This document shows, in pieces, positions 26,708-34,595 of a stretch of DNA of 34,595 bases. The first letter of the stretch is position 1, and every line of letters starts with the position of its first letter. The stretch comes from a virus (lineage: Duplodnaviria > Caudoviricetes): the IMG/VR virus record IMGVR_UViG_3300044617_000977, positions 1-34,595 of that record; one strand, written 5' to 3'. Under the pieces are notes generated by a model. That model did no database searches. It was not told where the DNA came from and worked only from the letters and a program-made list of their open reading frames with translations. Both the position numbers and the translations under genes were made by a program.

Positions 26708-27705
26708 TACGCCACTCATCACTACCCAAGCTCGATGCTTGTCCATGTTTTGAGTCGGCTGGGGGTCAATCCCCAGCCGCAGGACGGGGAGTCAAGATCG
26801 ACGCAGTGCAACGCAGGATGCTTGCTGGAGACAAGTCGGCAATCAATGACCTGACAGAGCAGAGGGACATCGATGCCGCACTCTGGGGAGTCGAGGAACT
26901 CCTGCGACTCGCCAATGGCGCGAAGGTCGAGACCGACGAGGCAAAGCTCAAGGTGGTAACGCCGGGAATGGAGCATGAAGGAACCGAGGATGCCAGAGCA
27001 TCGCGAATCTGTACTTCGTACGATTTTAAGACGGGGCAAATCTACGATTATGAGGCGCAATGCGCAGCATACTCCTACGGGAACATGGAACGCGAATTTG
27101 CAGACGAGTGGACATTTCATCTGCTCTTCACTGACCAGAGGACAGTGGTTACCCATCACTTCACGCTTCTGGAAGCAAAGGCAATCGTGGAGCGGATTCT
27201 GGCAAAGGCTACCGATCCGAACAAGCAACCAGAGAGTTGCCAGTACTGCCAGTGGTGCGCTAAAAAATCGACTTGTGTCGAGGTCGTAGGCCCAGTCACC
27301 GAGACGCAGGCACTCGTCGCCTCCGAGGTATCAATTGATACCATCAAGGCAGAGTTGTCGGCAGACCCTGCCAGACTCGGTGCGTTCCTGAAGAAGGCTA
27401 ATGTTTTCAAGCGGGAACTTTGGGACTGGGCAAAGGAGGAAGCAAAGCGACAGATCGAGGCAGGAACTCCCGTGGACGGGTTTCGCATGGTAAAGGTTAA
27501 GGATAGCGAGACATTCCCTGTCGAGGTGGTTGCCGAGGCAGCACAGGCTACGGGTGCGACATATCTTGAACTTGCCAAGCTATTCGGAGACGACATTAAA
27601 GGTGATGTATTCAGGAAGTGGGCAGAGGCAAGAAACTATTACCCGCAGGCAGATCAGGCAGTGTATACAAAAAACAACGCTCGACTCACAGAGTCGAAGA
27701 AGTAG
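26704..27705 (+). CDS. PD-(D/E)xK exonuclease, Cas4/RecB-like with Fe-S cysteines
   Basis: HSSL..ACP, GTED..YDFKTG..QCAAY, CQYCQWCAKKSTC; adjacent to the annealing protein. Confidence 0.8.
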   Translation: MIRHSSLPKLDACPCFESAGGQSPAAGRGVKIDAVQRRMLAGDKSAINDLTEQRDIDAALWGVEELLRLANGAKVETDEAKLKVVTPGMEHEGTEDARASRICTSYDFKTGQIYDYEAQCAAYSYGNMEREFADEWTFHLLFTDQRTVVTHHFTLLEAKAIVERILAKATDPNKQPESCQYCQWCAKKSTCVEVVGPVTETQALVASEVSIDTIKAELSADPARLGAFLKKANVFKRELWDWAKEEAKRQIEAGTPVDGFRMVKVKDSETFPVEVVAEAAQATGATYLELAKLFGDDIKGDVFRKWAEARNYYPQADQAVYTKNNARLTESKK

Positions 27706-27729
27706 GCATAGCAATAAATAAATACATAT

Positions 27730-28065
27730 ATGATAGATCAACTCGAAATCGACTTCGACCTTCCAGAGGTTCAGGACGATTCCATCCCTGCAAGGTTTGC
27801 CAGATTCCATGCTGGCAACCCACAGGTTTACGACTCACTGGTTGTGCTGGCACGGCAGTTCAGGTCACGGCAACCAGACGCAAAACTGGGCATCGCTATG
27901 CTCTACGAGGTATTGAGGTGGAATTACTACATGGCTACCGATTCGGAGGAACCATACAAGCTCACGAACGATTTCCGCGCCTGCTATGCTCGTTTGATAA
28001 TGGAGCAGGAACCTGATCTCGCCGGGATATTCCAAACCAAGAAGAGTGTTGCAGACAATGAATAA
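27730..28065 (+). CDS. Conserved phage hypothetical protein
   Basis: FARFHAGNPQVY..YKLTNDFRACYARL..IFQT. Confidence 0.75.
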   Translation: MIDQLEIDFDLPEVQDDSIPARFARFHAGNPQVYDSLVVLARQFRSRQPDAKLGIAMLYEVLRWNYYMATDSEEPYKLTNDFRACYARLIMEQEPDLAGIFQTKKSVADNE

Positions 28066-28774
28066 ATCACCAGCATTTCAATTCTACCCCAGCGATTGGT
28101 TGGGTAGCCAACGGGTCTCTCTGATGACTCTGGAGGAGGAAGGCGCATACATCAGGCTACTGGCATACTGCTGGCAGCATGGGTCTGTACCCGCTGATCC
28201 TGAAGCAGTTGCGCGACTCATAGGCAAGGGTGCTTCAACCACCCTTGCAAGCAGGGTACTAACCATGTTTCAACCACCCTTGCAACCACCCTTGCAACCA
28301 CCCTTGAACGGAGGCACTGCGCTTGTCCATGAGCGTCTGGAGGAAGAGCGTAGCAAACAACTCAAATGGAAGGAGAAGTCGAGCGAAGGAGGCAGGAAAT
28401 CTGCCGAGTTACGCAAGTCAAGGGTGGTTGAACCACCCTTGCAACCACCCTTGCAACCAAATGGCAACATTACATCTTCATCTTCATCTTCTATTAATAT
28501 AGCTAACGCTATATTAAGTGACGCAGAAAAAGTTGACGAAGTTCAAAAGCCAAAAAAGAAACGCGAACAAAAGCAAGTCGATGCCGAATGGGTCGCAGAC
28601 CTCAAACGGCACTACCCTGACCTCAACCTTGATTCCGAAATCGGCAAGATGCAGGCATGGTGCGAAAACAACAAACGAGACATGACCAGAAAGTTTATCA
28701 TTGGTTGGCTTAATCGGGTTACACCCGTTACACTGCCAAAGGCTGAAGTTAAGAGCGAATGGACTTGGGATTAA
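28058..28774 (+). CDS. DUF1376/YdaU-like replication initiator
   Basis: KSPAFQFYPSDWL..MTLEEEGAYIRLLAYCW; internal iterons; followed by a DnaC-like gene. Confidence 0.85.
   Translation: MNKSPAFQFYPSDWLGSQRVSLMTLEEEGAYIRLLAYCWQHGSVPADPEAVARLIGKGASTTLASRVLTMFQPPLQPPLQPPLNGGTALVHERLEEERSKQLKWKEKSSEGGRKSAELRKSRVVEPPLQPPLQPNGNITSSSSSSINIANAILSDAEKVDEVQKPKKKREQKQVDAEWVADLKRHYPDLNLDSEIGKMQAWCENNKRDMTRKFIIGWLNRVTPVTLPKAEVKSEWTWD
28224..28459 (+). repeat. 12-bp iterons CAACCACCCTTG: putative replication origin
   Basis: Copies at 28236, 28271, 28283, 28295, 28430 (G variant) and 28442; inverted copy at 28419-28430; inverted partial at 28224. Confidence 0.85.
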
Positions 28775-28778
28775 ACAC

Positions 28779-29477
28779 ATGACAACACTCGAAATACATT
28801 CATGCGCCATTTGCTTTGAAGCGATTACCATCCCTGAACTGGTGGTCGGCGGCAGGAAGCTCAATGTCTCGGTCATTTGCGATGACTGCGCTACAAAACA
28901 GGAGATGAAGGCAAACGCAGATGCCGCCGCAAATCGCCAGAATAGCCTCTCCTGCGCGTTTGAATCCATTTGCCCACCTCTGTATCGGGAAAGCGATTTA
29001 AAACGCATCCACGGGGCGTTTAGCGATGCAGTCCAAAACTGGAAGTATTCGCCGACAGGATTGTACCTCAAAGGCAAGCCCGGTACTGGCAAGACCCGTG
29101 CGGCATGGTGGCTATTGCGCCGAGAACACTTCGCAGGCACTTCAGTTTACGGACTTACCTGCACCGAGTTCGCTCGCTTCGCAGGCGAGCAGTGGCACTC
29201 CGAGAGCAAGCAGAGAGCATTGGCTGAAGAAGCAATCGATAAATGCAGAAGAGTTAAACTCTTGCTACTGGATGACCTTGGAAAACAGAAAATGACAGAA
29301 CGAGCAGAACTTGAACTGTTCGACCTCTTGGAACACAGGACGCAGAATCTACTGCCATCCATAATCACCACAAACGCAACCTCAACCCAAATACTTGCGA
29401 TGCTTTCAGAAGACCGAGGCAGTGCAATCTTACGCAGAATCAAGGACTTCAATACAATAGTTAATTGCGATAAATAA
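28779..29477 (+). CDS. DnaC/IstB-like AAA+ helicase loader
   Basis: CxxC..CxxC N-terminus; Walker A GKPGTGKT; Walker B LLLLDDLG; IITTN; RRI. Confidence 0.9.
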   Translation: MTTLEIHSCAICFEAITIPELVVGGRKLNVSVICDDCATKQEMKANADAAANRQNSLSCAFESICPPLYRESDLKRIHGAFSDAVQNWKYSPTGLYLKGKPGTGKTRAAWWLLRREHFAGTSVYGLTCTEFARFAGEQWHSESKQRALAEEAIDKCRRVKLLLLDDLGKQKMTERAELELFDLLEHRTQNLLPSIITTNATSTQILAMLSEDRGSAILRRIKDFNTIVNCDK

Positions 29478-29478
29478 T

Positions 29479-29703
29479 ATGAAAATAAATAACACGATCA
29501 CCATAACTGGTGAGATCAAACGAAACGACCGAGGAACCCATGACTGGGGAGACTTCACAATAACTTCAGCACAACCTCTTAACAAAAAAATTGTATCCGA
29601 ACTGGCAGGACTGCATGGATTCGGTGGGCAGTCATTCACATTCCTCGAAACCAACAAAGTTCCGCACACATATGAGGGGTCTTTCGACTGCTGGAGCGAT
29701 TAA
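29479..29703 (+). CDS. Hypothetical protein
   Basis: 74-aa ORF tightly packed in the operon. Confidence 0.6.
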   Translation: MKINNTITITGEIKRNDRGTHDWGDFTITSAQPLNKKIVSELAGLHGFGGQSFTFLETNKVPHTYEGSFDCWSD

Positions 29704-29741
29704 TTATAAAAGTTCCGCACACATTATAGGGGTTTAAAAAA

Positions 29742-29954
29742 ATGAAATCTGAAACAAAAGACTACCCACAATGGACTTGCTGGGAATGCGGCTCAAAGCA
29801 TGGCAAGCGTTCTCCGCGCATCTCAACATGGCATTATGGCAAATGCGATGTTTGCGAAACCAACAACAATGTGACTGAACCTCGCGACTTTGGTCACTTC
29901 CCAAACTGGTTCTCATCTAATCGTTTAAATCAAATTAAAAAGGAGAAATTGTAA
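29742..29954 (+). CDS. Zn-ribbon protein
   Basis: CWECG..STWHYGKCDVC..TEPRDFG. Confidence 0.75.
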   Translation: MKSETKDYPQWTCWECGSKHGKRSPRISTWHYGKCDVCETNNNVTEPRDFGHFPNWFSSNRLNQIKKEKL

Positions 29955-30238
29955 TGGACGCGAGCATACGGGAGATTTGGAAAAAATCTGGCATGACCCA
30001 AAAAGAGTTTGCTGTTATCTGCGGAGTTTCCCATTCCACAGTATCCTCTTGGGTAATCGGAAGATTAAAGCCGAGCATAACGCGTTTTATTGAAATTACA
30101 CAACGGATTAACAACGAGGATACCACTGAAAAAATAATTATAGGATTGGTATCTAATTATGAATCCGATTTACGAGCAAAAATGAAATGCTTAACTTGCA
30201 AGATAAACAAAAAAACTGCACATCATGGAACAAAATAA
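29954..30238 (+). CDS. XRE-family HTH protein
   Basis: SGMTQKEFAVICGVSHSTVSSWVIGRLKPS. Confidence 0.85.
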   Translation: MDASIREIWKKSGMTQKEFAVICGVSHSTVSSWVIGRLKPSITRFIEITQRINNEDTTEKIIIGLVSNYESDLRAKMKCLTCKINKKTAHHGTK

Positions 30239-30542
30239 CTCAAATACTGCTTCCGATTGGAAAGATTGGGAAAAAAAACAAAGCATCTTGACCGATCTCG
30301 ACGATTGCCCACTGCATCGTAAATCTCCATACGGCATAACCAATGTATCGATAACGCAATTTTCAGTCGCCAGATATTATGGCGGTATGAATTTCAATGG
30401 CTCGCTTTACATATACAACCCTCCAACTGATGAGCTTATACGAGAAGATGTCCTCAAATGGCAAACAAAACAGTGGAGGCTAAATCAAAAACAAACTAAA
30501 AAACAAAATGAAGACTTACAGGAGGAAATGAAATGGATATAA
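30225..30542 (+). CDS. Hypothetical protein
   Basis: 105-aa ORF overlapping its neighbours. Confidence 0.7.
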   Translation: MEQNNSNTASDWKDWEKKQSILTDLDDCPLHRKSPYGITNVSITQFSVARYYGGMNFNGSLYIYNPPTDELIREDVLKWQTKQWRLNQKQTKKQNEDLQEEMKWI

Positions 30543-30787
30543 TGCATTCAAAAAAACTTTGTTGTAGTTTACTAAAAATTGTCTGTTCATCTGAAATAAT
30601 TGAATTTTATTTTCCAAAAGATGAATGCTGCGACATGAGTGGAGCAATAGAAATAGCCGAATATATAAACCCAAAAGTAAAATTAATTGTAACCATCAGT
30701 GGTGATAAAATTGACACTTGTTACAAAAAAAATAAAAAAACTTGGAGCGCACACTGTTTGAGGAGAACAAAATGGATATCAAAATAG
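30533..30787 (+). CDS. Hypothetical protein
   Basis: 84-aa ORF (CCDMSGAI). Confidence 0.6.
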   Translation: MDIMHSKKLCCSLLKIVCSSEIIEFYFPKDECCDMSGAIEIAEYINPKVKLIVTISGDKIDTCYKKNKKTWSAHCLRRTKWISK

Positions 30788-30990
30788 CACAACAGGAAAC
30801 AATTACTGAACTGGTTCTTGAGAATCAAAAGCTGAAGCAAGAGCGCGACGAGTGGGCAGCTATGTGTGGAATATACAAGCAAGAGCGCGACGAGGCGCGA
30901 GCCGAGCGGGACATCCTACGGCTTAATTCGCTTGGAACAATTCAACTTAACATCCCTGTGACTACCGATTGGAAGGAGGAAACGAAATGA
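30772..30990 (+). CDS. Coiled-coil ERDEAR-repeat protein
   Basis: AGGAG ribosome-binding site; KQERDEWAAMCGIYKQERDEAR. Confidence 0.65.
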   Translation: MDIKIAQQETITELVLENQKLKQERDEWAAMCGIYKQERDEARAERDILRLNSLGTIQLNIPVTTDWKEETK

Positions 30991-31472
30991 GCAGACCAAC
31001 ACCAGAGACGGATGCTTATATCACATCGCAAAGTTACTCTCCAACAGAACACCAGTGGAGATGCTTTGCTCGCAAACTTGAACGCGAGCGCGACGAGGCG
31101 AGGAAAGATGCCGCACAACTTGCAGATAGGTTGTCTGGGCTTGAACTTCGTACAACCGAGGAATTAGCGAAACTGGAACAGTCACGGGATGAGTGGGCGG
31201 CAATGTGCGGTAGATACAAGCAAGAACGAGACGAAACGCAAAAACAACTCTCTTCGATCTATCAATGGGTTGAGCGGAATCATCCTGATGGATTTATCGA
31301 TTCGTTAACTTATTTACAAAATCTGGATCGAGTCACAGACAATTGGTATGATCGTTACGACAGACTTGAAGTAGATGCTTGCAGATTTGTTAGGGAACGA
31401 GACGAAGCGAGGAAGCAAGTTGACCTATATCGAGATAAACTCGATTTGAGTCCAATAAGCTGGGATATTTAA
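30987..31472 (+). CDS. TPETD / ERERDEAR-repeat coiled-coil protein
   Basis: AGGAGG site and ATGA overlap; PTPETDA..FARKLERERDEAR. Confidence 0.75.
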   Translation: MSRPTPETDAYITSQSYSPTEHQWRCFARKLERERDEARKDAAQLADRLSGLELRTTEELAKLEQSRDEWAAMCGRYKQERDETQKQLSSIYQWVERNHPDGFIDSLTYLQNLDRVTDNWYDRYDRLEVDACRFVRERDEARKQVDLYRDKLDLSPISWDI

Positions 31473-31479
31473 CGAAACA

Positions 31480-31560
31480 ATGAACAACGAAATACTGGCA
31501 CTTATTATAACTTGGATTATAGTTGCAACCTGCGTCATTTTGGAACGCATCAATAAATAA
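31480..31560 (+). CDS. Tiny single-TM peptide (26 aa)
   Basis: MNNEILALIITWIIVATCVILERINK fills the gap between two genes. Confidence 0.45.
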   Translation: MNNEILALIITWIIVATCVILERINK

Positions 31561-31563
31561 ATT

Positions 31564-32136
31564 ATGTTAAATACAAAAACTGGCAGTATACCGACTGCGA
31601 AATATATCTGGGTCGATACAAACTACACGCATGAGGAACCAGTTGGATGGGCAGAGGCACAATGGGTGCAGATCGTATCCATCCCGAATCGAGCATGGGG
31701 ACTGAATGTAATTTTCCGCGATGGCGGTATGCTCTACCGAAATGTCCCTCCTTGGGCTATCTCATTTTGGCCTGATGGTAGTGAATTGTTGGCTGAAGAA
31801 ACGCAGATGTGGAACTGCTATTCTGACCAATATGCAATACTGGAATGTCCCCATTTACTTGGTATGAAGTGCGAGATACTTACCTGTAATGGCATCGTTA
31901 ATGGTGAATATTTATTCCAGACAACGCATCTTAATGATAGCTATTCAGCCGCTCCAGAACAGGACAAGACCATGATTTGGGCAGTGACTACAGAAGGACG
32001 CTTGACAATATTCCCAAATAATAGAGTATATTTTAAGGATCGTTCATACATAGTAGAATCGACTCCAAAGCAACTTAAATTGCAGGAGCAGATTTACGAG
32101 ATTGACGAATCAATAAGCACTATTATAAATCGATGA
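31564..32136 (+). CDS. Conserved phage hypothetical protein (190 aa)
   Basis: GMLYRNVPPWAI..QMWNCYS..GEYLF..PEQDK..GRLTIFPNNRV. Confidence 0.75.
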   Translation: MLNTKTGSIPTAKYIWVDTNYTHEEPVGWAEAQWVQIVSIPNRAWGLNVIFRDGGMLYRNVPPWAISFWPDGSELLAEETQMWNCYSDQYAILECPHLLGMKCEILTCNGIVNGEYLFQTTHLNDSYSAAPEQDKTMIWAVTTEGRLTIFPNNRVYFKDRSYIVESTPKQLKLQEQIYEIDESISTIINR

Positions 32137-32333
32137 AAGAACCAAAAATAACCAAAATTAAAATGTGGGTCACTACCTGCAAAAGGAACACTAAACCAGT
32201 CAGTACACGCATCGTAATTCCCATTTCCAACCACCAGACGGCAGTCGATTTCACAACTGCTATCGGTGCAAAGATGAAAGAATTTGAAGCGCACATACTG
32301 AACAATATCGCAGCAACAAACACACCAGAATAA
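32133..32333 (+). CDS. Hypothetical protein
   Basis: ATGA-coupled 66-aa ORF. Confidence 0.55.
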   Translation: MKEPKITKIKMWVTTCKRNTKPVSTRIVIPISNHQTAVDFTTAIGAKMKEFEAHILNNIAATNTPE

Positions 32334-32339
32334 ATACAT

Positions 32340-32900
32340 ATGAGTAAATATCAAATCGACGCAGAAGGCACATACGCAGGAGTGGTCTCCGATCCCATTT
32401 ATGGATGGTTGGGCGAGAGCAAGTCAGGTACTCGCTTCGTCCGAGTTCCAGTGACCATCACCGAAGCAGGAGCGCAAAATGGTAAGACCATCAATTGGTA
32501 TGGCTACCTCACCGAAAAGACACAGGATCGAACCATCGAGGCACTGGAGCATTGCTTTGGTCAAAACTGGGATTGGGAAAAGATTAACTGGGAAGGCACA
32601 GAGGTAAGTGTCGTAGTCGAGCAAGATGATTACAACGGCAAAACCTCATTCAAGGCGAAGTGGCTCAACAACCCTAATGTTGCTCGCTCCGACAAAGACC
32701 CAGTTCAAACGGAAACCGAAAAAGCCGAGGCAAAGGCCAAGGCGGCAGAGATCGCCAAAGAACTCGCCGCATCCATGCCTCGCCGCGCAGGATCACCTGT
32801 TGCTGCTCCTACAAAGGCAGCAGTAGCGTCCAAACCTGCCAGCAGACCACTGCCACCCGTCAAGACGCATGACGAGGATGGCGACGAGATTCCGTTCTAA
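32340..32900 (+). CDS. Single-stranded DNA-binding protein (DUF669-like)
   Basis: OB-like core ESKSGTRFV..VVVEQDDYNGK; acidic tail DEDGDEIPF. Confidence 0.8.
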   Translation: MSKYQIDAEGTYAGVVSDPIYGWLGESKSGTRFVRVPVTITEAGAQNGKTINWYGYLTEKTQDRTIEALEHCFGQNWDWEKINWEGTEVSVVVEQDDYNGKTSFKAKWLNNPNVARSDKDPVQTETEKAEAKAKAAEIAKELAASMPRRAGSPVAAPTKAAVASKPASRPLPPVKTHDEDGDEIPF

Positions 32901-32907
32901 TACACTT

Positions 32908-33100
32908 TGACAGGTCATCGAAAGATGTGGGGCGCATTAACCATAAACAAAACTAACTGCTTTAGCGGGTCGTTAGAACAAAAAACCCAGAGCAGCAACG
33001 CGCAAACTGCTCACCTGTCATCCCACTGGAGAATTGCGGCGGCAACTATGTTTTGCTGGTCATCATTAACTCCCGCGAGGTAACCGCATAAAAACCTCGC
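32908..33100 (+). ncRNA. Candidate structured RNA: four-way junction with pseudoknot, followed by a similar second module
   Basis: Contiguous helices TGACAGGT/ACCTGTCA, CATC-GAAA-GATG, TGGG/CCCA, GAGCAG/CTGCTC; second module GGAG/CTCC and GCGAGGT/ACCTCGC. Confidence 0.5.
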
Positions 33101-33125
33101 ACCCTACCCCAGCCCAATCACAACA

Positions 33126-33401
33126 ATGGCTAAATCCAAAGAACCAACCAAAACCGAGATCAAACTCACTGTCGCAGCAACAGTTCTCGCTATCAATCTC
33201 TCTCAACTCATCAGCGAATACGAGGCACTTGCAGCAAAGAATGACCATGTAGTCAGTCCCAATATGCAAAACGCTATCGCTCACTCAATCGCTCAACTCT
33301 CCATCGTTCTCGAAAAAAAACCTGACCTCTTCGCAGTCTCTCAAGACATCATCGAACGACTCAACCAATTCAGACAACAACATGAAAAGTTGGAAGCATG
33401 A
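33126..33401 (+). CDS. Hypothetical protein
   Basis: 91-aa helical ORF. Confidence 0.65.
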   Translation: MAKSKEPTKTEIKLTVAATVLAINLSQLISEYEALAAKNDHVVSPNMQNAIAHSIAQLSIVLEKKPDLFAVSQDIIERLNQFRQQHEKLEA

Positions 33402-33426
33402 TACTTTCAAATCTCGACCTACACCA

Positions 33427-33879
33427 ATGAGCAACTGGACGCATGAACAACTCAAATCACTCGGTTACCACAGACACCCTGACGGGAACTATTACCCTGC
33501 GCCTCCACCTCCACGGGTACTTGACCCCGTCCCTAAACTCGATCCTCTCATCCCACTGGTCAAAACTCCACAAGCACAAACAAAAGGCAAGACTCGCGTT
33601 ACTCTCCACATTCAACGAATTAGCGTCAAACTCCAAGACTACGATAACTATGTTGGCGGCACAAAACCCCTCACCGATCAATTACGATATGCTGGTCTCA
33701 TATCAGACGATGACCCAGAGTCCATCAGCGCAAGCTACACCCAACAAAAGTGCAAGCACCTCAAAGACGAAAAGACGATCATCGAAATCACATACCACCC
33801 AGCCACAAGACCAGTGACTAAACTCTCATGCTTACAGCAATCACAACGGCAGGCAGACACCACAAGCACTACCTCGTAG
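33427..33879 (+). CDS. RusA-like Holliday junction resolvase, catalytic part
   Basis: QDYDNYVGGTKPLTDQLRYAGLISDDD matches the RusA D-x-D-N...K...D...G...DD catalytic pattern. Confidence 0.7.
   Translation: MSNWTHEQLKSLGYHRHPDGNYYPAPPPPRVLDPVPKLDPLIPLVKTPQAQTKGKTRVTLHIQRISVKLQDYDNYVGGTKPLTDQLRYAGLISDDDPESISASYTQQKCKHLKDEKTIIEITYHPATRPVTKLSCLQQSQRQADTTSTTS
33443..33817 (+). CDS. Overlapping ORF carrying the RusA-like N-terminal motif
   Basis: LHLHGYLTPSLNSILSSHWSKLHKHKQK resembles the PSxN...HW start of RusA-like proteins. Confidence 0.45.
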   Translation: MNNSNHSVTTDTLTGTITLRLHLHGYLTPSLNSILSSHWSKLHKHKQKARLALLSTFNELASNSKTTITMLAAQNPSPINYDMLVSYQTMTQSPSAQATPNKSASTSKTKRRSSKSHTTQPQDQ

Positions 33880-33953
33880 TCAAGCGATTGACCAATCGCT
33901 TAACGAAGACTCTTCATTATAAGTAAACAATTGCTAAAAAGTCAAGACCTATT

Positions 33954-34433
33954 ATGTCAGACAACTCATTACCAGAACCTAATCAAGAACTTCCAAAGCA
34001 AAAAAAAATTGGTAGACCTACAATCTTCACCCAAGACATTGCCGACGAAATCTGTAAACGCATGGCAAATGGTGAGACTCTGCGCAAGATAGTTCTCGAT
34101 GATCATATGCCTGTCTCCTCTGCAATCTATCGTTGGCTTGATACCAATCAAATCTTTAAGGAGCAATACACGCAGGCGCGAATCAAACAGGCAGACTACT
34201 ACGCAGAAATGATCGTGGACGAAGCGTTCAATTCGCATGACGCAGCAATCGGCAGGCTACGCATGGATGCCCTCAAATGGGCGGCATCCAAGATTGCACC
34301 AAAGAAATATGGTGACAAGGTCGAGGTCGAGCAGACTGGCGGCACTGCACTCACTGTCTCATTCGCACTGCCATCACGATCAGGCAAGCCAGAAGCAATC
34401 GAACTGGAATCAGGGAAGCTACCAGCACCATGA
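33954..34433 (+). CDS. terS: Terminase small subunit (Sf6 gp1-like)
   Basis: GRPTIFTQDIADEICKRMANGETLRKI..MP..IYRWL..FKEQYTQAR..KWAASKIAPKKYGDK. Confidence 0.88.
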   Translation: MSDNSLPEPNQELPKQKKIGRPTIFTQDIADEICKRMANGETLRKIVLDDHMPVSSAIYRWLDTNQIFKEQYTQARIKQADYYAEMIVDEAFNSHDAAIGRLRMDALKWAASKIAPKKYGDKVEVEQTGGTALTVSFALPSRSGKPEAIELESGKLPAP

Positions 34434-34463
34434 CAAACTTATTTTTAACCTGTCATGGAGACT

Positions 34464-34595
34464 ATGACGATGAAGATTGAGTTCGATGTCATGCTCACAA
34501 TTACTGCCAACGGATGCCCAGTCGGCATGAGATTATACAGAGGGAAACCTATGCCTGACTATGCGCATACTTATTCAAACACTCCAGAAGGGCTG
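34464..34595 (+). CDS. Hypothetical protein, 3'-truncated
   Basis: Frame open to the end of the window (MTMKIEFDVML...). Confidence 0.5.
   Translation, partial: MTMKIEFDVMLTITANGCPVGMRLYRGKPMPDYAHTYSNTPEGL

Noticed and set aside
26704-28459. CRISPR-Cas locus (Cas4-like gene plus repeats)
   Set aside because: The repeats are 12-bp iterons without spacers, and the nuclease is paired with a RecT-like gene as a recombination exonuclease.
873-34387. Numerous minus-strand and alternate-frame ORFs in the track (e.g. 2696-3301, 22854-23579, 28514-29140)
   Set aside because: They shadow tightly packed plus-strand genes and show no recognisable motifs or expression signals.

Overview
Part of a tailed dsDNA phage genome, probably podovirus-like; all credible genes are on the + strand. 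1-19315 is the end of the virion module: a 5'-truncated tail/DNA-stabilization gene, a GNAT-like gene, and a cluster of low-complexity putative internal-virion/ejection proteins that start MGG and/or end in a shared PN(T/L)(S/Q)G(L/I)(T/Q)F(GG[T/K]) tag. A PP-loop (PAPS-reductase-like) ATPase and a CxxCxxCC protein sit inside that cluster. It is followed by a giant polyvalent protein (about 3672 aa if its two ORFs are joined by one -1 shift) with a HExxH peptidase, two ART-PolyVal-like ADP-ribosyltransferase domains, a GNAT-like and a HhH-glycosylase-like domain, separated by repeated (Y/F)(M/L)PA linkers. Next come an initiator-like tRNA-Met(CAT) with C33, an early region (19.5-25.9 kb) of small genes behind repeated sigma70-like promoters with a shared AACC-N6-GGTT box, a recombination/replication block (RecT-like, Cas4-like exonuclease, DUF1376 initiator with iterons, DnaC-like loader, SSB), a candidate pseudoknotted RNA, a RusA-like resolvase whose motifs are split across two frames, and the terminase small subunit. 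Family assignments come from motif recognition by eye, not database searches.
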